Position numbers and translations under genes: made by a program | Part shown: in pieces, positions 28,524-36,296 of the stretch | How the letters are laid out: each line of letters starts with the position of its first letter | Position numbering within the stretch: position 1 is the first letter of the stretch | The notes under the pieces: generated by a model | What the model was told of the DNA's origin: nothing | The model's database searches: none | What the model saw: the letters and a program-made list of their open reading frames with translations, nothing else | Source of the DNA: Chrysochromulina tobinii | Lineage: Eukaryota | DNA: 36,296 nucleotides | Direction: 5' to 3' | Assembly: GCA_001275005.1 (NCBI GenBank) | Contig: JWZX01001705.1 | Location: forward strand, 1 to 36,296

Positions 28524-30480
28524 ATGACTCCACACACGATCCTCTGCGGCGACGTGGTATCAGCACTAATATTCCAGGGCGCGTTGTGGGTTTTCACCAT
28601 TGCTATCAGCTTGGTCGTCATTGGCATCCCACGCAGGAAATTTGCACAGCAGGTCGAACAGTTGGCGAGCCAAAACCCGCTCGCCTTCATTGCGCCCGAC
28701 CTTGATAAGTTCCGGCACTCGTTTCAAATCAAGCTGCCCAAGTGCGGCGTGGTGATGCCAGTGAAAGGCGTGCACGATCAGTCGTACGCCAACTGGCGAG
28801 CTCAGATAACATCCATGTACGGCGGCCCCCTCGAGTTTTTCTTCTGCCTGGAGTCAGCTGATGACCCAGCCTTCCGACATGTCCAGCGGCTGATCGAGGA
28901 CAATCCGGACGTGCAGATCAACCTCCTCGTGGCGGGCCTCTCCTGGCACTGCTCGCAGAAGATCCACAACCAGATACATGGCTTCGAGCGCGCCATGCGC
29001 TCGTGCGAGTACGTGATTGTCATCGATGATGACATCAAGTTGCATCCGGGCACGATCCGCGCGTGGGTGGAAGAGATGGAGACGGACCCGCAAGTGCTCG
29101 CCGCCACAGGTTACGCCTTTGAGTACGTGGCACCGGGCGAAATCGGCTGGCCCTCGTTCTTTGCGATGCTCTGGCGCCTTTGCGCGTCCACAGGCTTCAA
29201 CTCCCCAACCGACCGACCGCCCAACGCCTGGGGCGGCGCTATGATGTTTCGAGCGAGTGAGCTGCGAGCGAACCTCTACGGGCTGCTAGATGCGTGGCGC
29301 GACGGCGGCTACTCAGAAGACTTCATAACCCTCTCCATGGCAAGGTGAGCGCGTCCCTGTCGCGTCCCTGTCGGGTTGCATGCGGCACGAGGTTGCACGA
29401 GGTTGCACGAGGTTGCATGCAGCCCTCGCACGTGATGAGGGGACGCTTCCGCTCATCATGGGACGCTTCCACTCCCCACGCAGGTACCAGGGACGGACGC
29501 TCGCGGTGCCCAAGGCGGCGATGTTCCCGAACCAAATCGGCGACGTGAAGTTCGACCGCTTCTGGAACTTTCTGTGCCGGCAAATCTACGTGCTCACGCA
29601 GACGTATGCCACCGACACGCAGCGTGCGATCGCCATCCCGCAATACGCGATGAACGGCGCGGCGCACGCATGCATCGCGATCGGTGGCGTGTGCGCCTCG
29701 CTGCTCACTATGTACCTGCTGGTTGCCATGACGGCGGGGGCGCTCGCGGAGCCGTGGCACAGCCCCCAGCCAGCACCGCTGGGTGCTCATGGGCAGTGCA
29801 ACTTCGCCGCCGGTGCGCAGAGCATGCCCAACGAGTGGCCGACGTGGCGATCCGCATTCACATTCACACTCACTCTCACATTCACATTCACACGAGTGGC
29901 CGACGTGGCGATCCGCACTGCTCTCACATTGCCGCTTGGTCCTCTCACACCCATCCGATGCTTCCATACCTGCCGTTTGGTCTTCTCACATTGCCCGTTT
30001 GGTCCTCTGGCCGGAATGGCAGGTATGGCAATGGTATATTGGGTGGCGCTGCTCTTCTTTGGGTCATCCGCCATCTTCACCCTTCGCTCCTTCGCCTCAT
30101 TGTGCAATGTGCTCTCGCCTCATGGTTTTGGCGGCACGCCCATCGACGTGAGCCACATCGGTGCCCTGCGCGTCGGCCACTGATGATGGCAACTGATTTG
30201 CGTCGATTGCTTTCCTCATCAGGTGAGCCACATCGGTGCCCTGCGCGTCGGCGTCGCGTACCTGCTCTACGCAGCGCTGATCCCAGCTGCGACGATCGCG
30301 ACGCTGTGGAACTCTGCGATTGTGTGGTCGGGCGTGCGCTTCCACATAACACGAGGGCGTGTCTCGGCGATGCACCGCAAGGATGCCAAGGGAAACTGGT
30401 TCACGGTGCCAGCTGCGGAGTCGATTGAGAACGCTATGAAAGAGCTCGCGCGCTTCCAGCAAGCTTCACCCTGCAGGTGA
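28524..30480 (+). CDS. GCS: Plant-type ceramide glucosyltransferase (glucosylceramide synthase, GT21/GT2 fold); exons 28524-29344, 29484-29812, 30023-30147, 30223-30480
   Basis: N-terminal TM, then VVMPVKGV, CSQKIHNQ, IDDDIKLHPG, WGGAMM, GGYSED and RQIYVL, with C-terminal TMs and IVWSGVRF. Three GT..AG introns join in frame. The 3' end is less certain. Confidence 0.85.
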
Positions 30481-31069
30481 GGTGTGGAGCTGCCGCTGGA
30501 GTCTCGCAAGCGCAGCGCGAGGTGCAGCCCCAGCGGTCCGGCAGCTGCCCGATGGGGTCCACGAGCTACTCGGCACGCCGCCGCATAGCCTCGGCCAGTG
30601 CCTATCGGCACCCACACCGTCCCTTAGAGACGTATAGCCTGGACTCAACCCTGGACGTGCCCAGCCGCCGTCGACGTTCGCGACGGCGATAGAGGCAGTG
30701 GACGGGCGCAAGTCGAATTGGCCAGCTCAAGGCCAGCTTTGCTCGGGAGCCCGTTCGGCATCGTGAGCGCACTGTTCCTGGTGGTGGTCTGGTGGTGCAG
30801 AGAGCTGCTCACTGTGACGTCACGTCACACCCGCCGGGGCTCCCTGATGCGACACGTGCACGCTGGTCCGGCACCGGCTGCACGACCACCGGGACGTCTT
30901 ACAAGCCGTAACGCTCCGACGCTAGCCTCCTGCTGTCGACATGTGCGTCACGTGATTCGGGTCAGAACATTGATAACTATTCTAAGTCGGAAGTCGCGCG
31001 CACGCCCGCAGGGGCCTATTGCGCATCCCATCCGCATCTCTTCTGCCCGATCTTGCTAGCTTGTTCTCG

Positions 31070-31759
31070 TCACTGTGCCTTCTTCCAAAGCCCATGCTGG
31101 GTGCGAATCTGGCGGACTCTTTCTTCGGGGAGAAACCTCTCCGCCTCAGCATCCCACGGTTTGTACCCAACCGCCTTGAGTGCAGCCAGCTCATCCGCCG
31201 TGAAGATCGCCTCAATCGCCTTCCTCTCATTCGTAAACACCGGGTAGCCTGGGAGGATAAACGGTTGAAACCCTTGCCCATCGTGCGTGTCCAGCTGAAT
31301 CTGCGTGCCCGGCGCAAGCACCGTCTGAGGCCCGAGCGGGCGCCCGTCTTTATCGCGCACATCGGGCGGTCTCCGTGAAACTGTTTGTTGCGTTCCGGCA
31401 CCGTGGCCCTCGCGCCCAAAGACGAAAGGCTCGAAAGCGTCCCAAAGGGCTTCATGACCAATACCCATGACTTTGGACAGTAGCAGGGTGCCGAGTCCAA
31501 TTTTCCACCAGCTTTCCCAACTGTCGTCCACAATCGTCCAAAAGGTGGCGTAGAGGTGTAGCAGGCCAACTAAGGGAATGGAATCGGGCAGCCCGCAAAA
31601 CAGGCGGCCTTCAGTGACCACAATCGAAACGGGCAGCCACCAGAAAAACGTATAGAGAGGGAGGAAGCACGCCCAGAGTGCAACGAATGGCGCTGCTGAC
31701 AAAGAGCAGAAAATGAACGAGGGCGGCGACGACGGCGGCGGCATGGCCGCGTCGTGCAT
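31070..31759 (-). CDS. Hypothetical membrane protein
   Basis: 229-aa ORF with 2-3 hydrophobic, Trp-rich N-terminal segments and a soluble C-terminus. No family recognised. Confidence 0.55.
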   Translation of the reverse strand: MHDAAMPPPSSPPSFIFCSLSAAPFVALWACFLPLYTFFWWLPVSIVVTEGRLFCGLPDSIPLVGLLHLYATFWTIVDDSWESWWKIGLGTLLLSKVMGIGHEALWDAFEPFVFGREGHGAGTQQTVSRRPPDVRDKDGRPLGPQTVLAPGTQIQLDTHDGQGFQPFILPGYPVFTNERKAIEAIFTADELAALKAVGYKPWDAEAERFLPEERVRQIRTQHGLWKKAQ

Positions 31760-31923
31760 CGGCGTCGCACGAGTTCGTCAAGCACGTGGCTAAAAGGTCA
31801 GTCAGTCAAGCAGTTTCGTCGCGGCTACCAGGTGTGAACTGTTTGTTAATCTCGGCAAAACACCCATACGCTCGTTATCCGAGTACGCCGGTACTTGCGT
31901 GGCCCTCGTGCTTGGGGGTCCGG

Positions 31924-32011
31924 AGTGTGTGCGCGCGTTGTGTTGAACAGCAGCAGCAGTACAGTGTGTGTGCGCGTTGTGTTGAGCAGCAGCAGCAGCA
32001 GCAGTACAGTG
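31924..32011. repeat. Tandem duplication containing (CAG)n microsatellites
   Basis: agtgtgtg(c/t)gcgcgttgtgttga..(cag)n-tacagtg occurs twice. Confidence 0.85.
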
Positions 32012-32229
32012 CAAAGCTGGCACACATTGGAGGACAGATCCCAACCACGCCTGAGGGAGGGCTTCGGGTGCACATGGAACACGCTCTGTCATGTAGGGTA
32101 CAGGCGAGCTGGTCATTGCAGCCGCTCGCGCTCTGTCGATTGATACAAGAAAATGTTCAGCGAGCGCTGTCCGTAGAGAAACTGTACATCTCGAGGACGG
32201 TCGTGTGATCTTGTCCTCGTTGGTATTGC

Positions 32230-32296
32230 CATGGTGAGCGCGTCATGGTGAGCGCGTCATGGTGAGCGCGTCATGGTGAGCGCGTCATGGTGAGCG
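32230..32296. repeat. 14-nt tandem repeat CATGGTGAGCGCGT, ~4.8 copies
   Basis: Directly visible just 3' of the minus-strand gene ending at 32328. Confidence 0.95.
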
Positions 32297-32327
32297 GGAG
32301 GTGCATGCACAGCAAGAGGTGAGATCC

Positions 32328-33831
32328 TTAGGCCATGGCGAGGCGCTTGCAAATGTAGACGTCATGGTTGTACAGGGCCGAAAACTCTGGGCAGAGTCGG
32401 CACACGCCGTGCTCGGGCGACACCTCGGCGAAACCATCGGCCTTGGGCTCGGCCTTGAGCTCGGGCATGAGCTCGGGCCGCTCGATGGGCCATGGGCCGC
32501 CCACGAGAGAGGCCTTCGGGAAGGCGAGGACAGCCCCGCCCATGCTCACGTCCGCGGAGGTCGGGTGCGCGCGGATCCAGCACTCGACGAGGCCGTCGGA
32601 GCTCACGCGCCACGCCTCCTCCAGGATGCGCTCGAGAGTGGGCAGCTCGAAGTGGGCAGTCTCCGGCGTCACCCAAGGCGCCTCCCGCAATCTCGCCTCG
32701 AGCTCCTCGTAGCCCGCGAGGAGCTTGCGCTCGAGCTCAACTGGTCTCGCCTGAAGGATGCGTCGTTCGAGCATGTACGGGCGGGCTTGGGCGAGCTTGC
32801 GCGCGTGCATCGCCCACGCCTCGGTGTACAAGGCCCGTACACGGCTGCCCACTTTGACGAAGAGCTCGTCGAGCTGACCCTTACGCTCCGTGTGCGGGCG
32901 CAGCTTGTCATGGGCGTTGTCCTGGGCACTCTTCTCCATGGGCGTTGTCCTGGGCACCGGCCCGGCGGAGCGCTCGGCCTTGAGCTCGGCCTTGAGCTCG
33001 GCCTTGAGCTCGGCCTCCGCATCCCACGTCGAGAGCCCGAGCACCCGGCGCAGCGCCTCGTCGTGCGTGACGCTGCCGTGTGCAGCCTTGGAGGCCTTCG
33101 ACTTGGCGCCGCGCCTCGACTTTTCAGTCATCATCGATCGAAGCTGGGCAAAGAGGCGACGCGAGCCGCGCGCCTCACCCGAACGCTGCGCCTCCTCGCG
33201 CTCGGCCAGGGAGCTGTACGGGGTGGTGTCCCAAGGGAGCACACCGGCGAGGTCGGCGACCCAGAGGAGGCCGTAGAGGTTCATGAGGACGAATGCGGCG
33301 TCACGCACCTTTGCACGATTCTGCGCACGGGAGGGTGACGAAACGCCGTCGGTCCGACGCTCGGGGAGAGGCGATCGCGCTCGCAGTGCACGTGCGGCGT
33401 CTGGAGGTGGCATGCAGATGCGTCTCGCGCACCTCATCCATGGGCAGCACCTCGAAGGGCATTGAACCGTCTTCACCAGTCGCGTCCAAGGTCAGAAGGG
33501 GAAGCTCTTCATCGCGCATCATGCAGGCGAAGCGGTGGCCCACTCTGTCCGTGGCGATGACGGTATCGTGCTGGACCGCGATCTGGAGAGTGGCGATCTG
33601 GCCGGTGCGCGCTTGCTCGACCAGCTCGTCGTATGTCAGCATGCCCACAACGGGCGGCTTGGCGAGGCCGAAGAAGGCGCTCTTAGTCGTGAAGTCGACG
33701 GCAGGCGTCTCTGCGGCAGCAGGCGGACTGGTGGCGACGAAGGCGGCGGCTGCTGCACCGAGCACGGCACGGCGATTCAGAGTGGGGCCGCTAGACATGG
33801 CGGCGGCAAGCGTCACCAACGGCAGCATCAT
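32328..33831 (-). CDS. Putative plastid/thylakoid membrane protein with an FtsH-lumenal-domain-like N-terminus; exons 33831-33433, 33320-32328
   Basis: The leader MMLPLVTLAAA..LNRRAVLGAAAAAFVA..AAA looks like a signal plus twin-Arg peptide. It is followed by LTYDELVEQARTGQIATLQI and the TM AAFVLMNLYGLLWVADLAGVLPW. A phase-0 intron at 33321-33432 (GTGCGC..GCGCAG) joins the two ORFs. Confidence 0.65.
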
Positions 33832-34257
33832 GAGGGGGTGCAGCGCGGCTTTCGGACCAGGACGGACGGTCGCGTTCGACGAATTGCCGATTCAGTCCAT
33901 TTCCAGAAAGTTCTCGATGCGTTCCGTCAAACCCCTAATCTCCCCTTTCTCTGGCTAAGGGGTGTGTCGGACGAAGCCGGCGGAGGCGCCTGTAGTGAGC
34001 GCGAATGAGGGGAGATTTGTGCGAGCTGATTGCAGAGTATCGACCTGCGATTTCGCATTTCACACACCCGGTCGGTCCTTATCGGCTCAACAGTCGTTCC
34101 AGGTGAGAGGTGTACAGCTGTACTTTGCACTCTGCTCCTTTGGACCTTAGCCGTTTGCGGGCGTGTCTGAGCGTTGTCTATTATGCATGTGAAAACTTGC
34201 CCCTATGAATTTGGCGCAATGATTTGGCGTTCATACGAGGCTCATCGCAAGAACCTC

Positions 34258-34905
34258 TCACACCGAGTCCCTCTCGCCGTTGCGCCTCACGAGCGGTATA
34301 AGCGCCCACGAGCCATCAGCCGGGCTCTTGAGCAGCGTTGCCGGCTGCCAAGCAGGAGCGACGGCATGCGCATGGCTGATCACCTCGACGCGTTCCGGAG
34401 CAAACTCCCACACAACCGACGGCCCATACGGCCCACCGGCGTGAAAATAGGACCACGACGGCTTCCAATGGCGCTCGCGCTCCGTGGCGCTCGTCAACTC
34501 GCGAACTCCGCCGTACAGCACCGCGTAGCCGTTCTCGCCGGCCGCACGTGGGTCGTGAAATGCAAGGGAGCACTGCTTGGTCTCGCGGAGTGCTGTTGCC
34601 TTCCGCGTCCAGTCTCGAGTGATCAGCCAACAGCGCAGCGAGCCGTCCGTGGAGACGTTCAAATCCATGACGCGGCACGTGGGCGGAGAGCCGTCTTTTG
34701 AGGCGATGCAGCAAAATCCGTATCGAGCAGCTGCAATCACCGACGCGGTAGCATCCAAGCACTGCTGCGGCGTCACATTCATTCCCTCCTTGCCATGTGG
34801 CAAAGAACGCCGCGAGCCACCTTCGCCCTTTACGCGGTACGCATATATAGCGGCCGCACCACCGCCCACGACTGCGGCTTGAGCGGCCAGGGCCCGACGA
34901 AGCAT
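34258..34905 (-). CDS. Pyridoxamine 5'-phosphate oxidase-like FMN-binding split-barrel protein (general stress protein 26-like)
   Basis: Contains DGSPPTCRVMD, WLITRDWTRKATAL, LAFHDP..GYAVLYG, HWKPSWSYF..GP and FAPERVEV. The likely start is MLRRALAAQ at 34905. Confidence 0.75.
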   Translation of the reverse strand: MLRRALAAQAAVVGGGAAAIYAYRVKGEGGSRRSLPHGKEGMNVTPQQCLDATASVIAAARYGFCCIASKDGSPPTCRVMDLNVSTDGSLRCWLITRDWTRKATALRETKQCSLAFHDPRAAGENGYAVLYGGVRELTSATERERHWKPSWSYFHAGGPYGPSVVWEFAPERVEVISHAHAVAPAWQPATLLKSPADGSWALIPLVRRNGERDSV

Positions 34906-35056
34906 GACGGCCTTCGGGATGACACTTCTCGCTTCGCGCGTCCTGTATCCAACAAGCCCCTGTAAAGTGCAAGTTTCCGTTTCCTGGACTCGGTTGTACA
35001 TGCACCTGCCGATTTCATGGAACTTCTTGATTGAAACGCCTCTGCACACGCCCGCA

Positions 35057-36296
35057 ATGAACCTCGTGTTCCTCGCGCTGTCCGCCTCTGGATCGGCGTT
35101 GATTCCGACGTCACCGCTCGCGCTCGCACCGGCCGCGCCTCTCGTGCACGCGCAGCGTCTTGGACGGGCCGAGCTTTGCGCGACAGCCAAAGAGCCAAAG
35201 CGCCTGGGCCGAGCTTTAGACAGCTCGGGCCGAGCATTGGACACCCAAAGAGACCTCGTAAGCAGCCTGCTCCGAGTGGTTGATGGCACGGACAGGGGCG
35301 TGGCGGCATCAGATAAACAGCGCGCCGAGGCAGCCTCCATCATCTCCGCGCTCGAGGAATCGCAACGTGGCATGAGCGCACTCGCCCGACCGAATGCTCT
35401 CTTCCGCTTCGCCGAGGTGGCTTACGTCGGCCAGACCTCGTCGCGAACTGCCAACGCCGCCGGCGGCAAGTATCGAGGCGCTCTCGGCCGATTTGTGTGC
35501 CCGACGGACGCGCTCTTCCAGCACGTGCTCGCTGACGGCGCCTTCAATGTCGTCCACTTCCGGTTCTTCGGGCTCATCCCCGCCGCAGCCATCCTGCGCG
35601 GCCGGTGGCGGCGCGCGTCCTCGGCCACCCTCGAAGCCCTGCGCGAACGCGCCCGCGCCGCCACGCCGCCACGCAGCGTGACCAACAATCTCGTAAGCAT
35701 CGACTTCGACGCGCCGCTGCTCGCCATCGGTCGTACTGGGAAGCCGCTCTGCCTGCGCATCGGGCCGCGATCCACGGTGCAGCTGGACACGACGTACCTT
35801 GACGAGCGTATCCGTATCGCCCGCGGCGGCACCTCGGGCACGCCATTCGTGCTGCGCATGGACTCGTGCGCGGACGGGCGTGCCCTCGCCGAGCAGGCGC
35901 GCCTGTACGAGCAAGTCCTCGAGCGACGGCCCCTTGGCAAGCGCTCGATTGTGCCGGTGCTCCTCGCCGCCGCTGCCGCCATCTGGCGCCTCGGCAGCCG
36001 CGGCGCCGGTGTCGGCCGGCTGCCTCTGGGTCTGACGCTGGGAAAGCTGGCCGCCGTGCTGCTCGCGGCGGTGGCGGCGGCGGTGCTGCGTTCCACTGGC
36101 GGTATTGACGTCGCTGCGGACGCTGCCGGAATCGACGCCGCCGCCGCTGGCACCGGGCCGCTGGCGCCCGGGATGGCGCCTGACCCGCCGAGTGCAGCGT
36201 CACCGCCACGCCTGACGAAGGAAGGCGAGGCCCTGTGGCTCGCCCAGGCACTGCAAGAACAGTCCAAGGCCAGGACCATGCGCAGAGTGCCACCAG
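35057..36296 (+). CDS. PAP/fibrillin-family plastid lipid-associated protein, 3' end beyond the window
   Basis: From ATG 35057: leader MNLVFLALSASGSALIP, then LLRVVDGTDRGVAASDKQRAEAASIISALE and QLDTTYLDERIRIARGGTSGTPFVL. I read no in-frame stop before the window end, which explains its absence from the ORF track. Confidence 0.8.
   Translation, partial: MNLVFLALSASGSALIPTSPLALAPAAPLVHAQRLGRAELCATAKEPKRLGRALDSSGRALDTQRDLVSSLLRVVDGTDRGVAASDKQRAEAASIISALEESQRGMSALARPNALFRFAEVAYVGQTSSRTANAAGGKYRGALGRFVCPTDALFQHVLADGAFNVVHFRFFGLIPAAAILRGRWRRASSATLEALRERARAATPPRSVTNNLVSIDFDAPLLAIGRTGKPLCLRIGPRSTVQLDTTYLDERIRIARGGTSGTPFVLRMDSCADGRALAEQARLYEQVLERRPLGKRSIVPVLLAAAAAIWRLGSRGAGVGRLPLGLTLGKLAAVLLAAVAAAVLRSTGGIDVAADAAGIDAAAAGTGPLAPGMAPDPPSAASPPRLTKEGEALWLAQALQEQSKARTMRRVPP

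Overview
This is GC-rich eukaryotic genomic DNA with short GT-AG introns, mostly with GTGCGC/GTGAGC donors. Several genes carry bipartite plastid-targeting leaders and some introns contain microsatellites, so the source is inferred to be a haptophyte-like secondary-plastid alga. About 15 genes are supported: the 3' end of a WD40 gene with one repeat per exon, a GT77-type glycosyltransferase, a plastid APS reductase, an OSCA/TMEM63-like channel, NudC, a dual-specificity phosphatase, CLASP, a fasciclin protein, a hypothetical protein, an INPP4 catalytic fragment, a ~2,200-aa multidomain membrane protein, a plant-type glucosylceramide synthase, a hypothetical membrane protein, an FtsH-N-terminus-like thylakoid protein, a PNPOx-like FMN-binding protein and a fibrillin. 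Two candidate immune or non-self recognition systems stand out. (1) 21.4-28.2 kb encodes an LRR ectodomain and about 9 TM helices with two paralogous HET-like (TIR-related) modules, one inserted inside a loop of the membrane domain, plus nested RRM-like, SAM-like and coiled-coil inserts. (2) 1-820 is a WD40 array made of tandem, frame-symmetric exon+intron cassettes with near-identical introns and variation concentrated at propeller-surface codons. All domain calls are by-eye motif recognition; no database searches were run.
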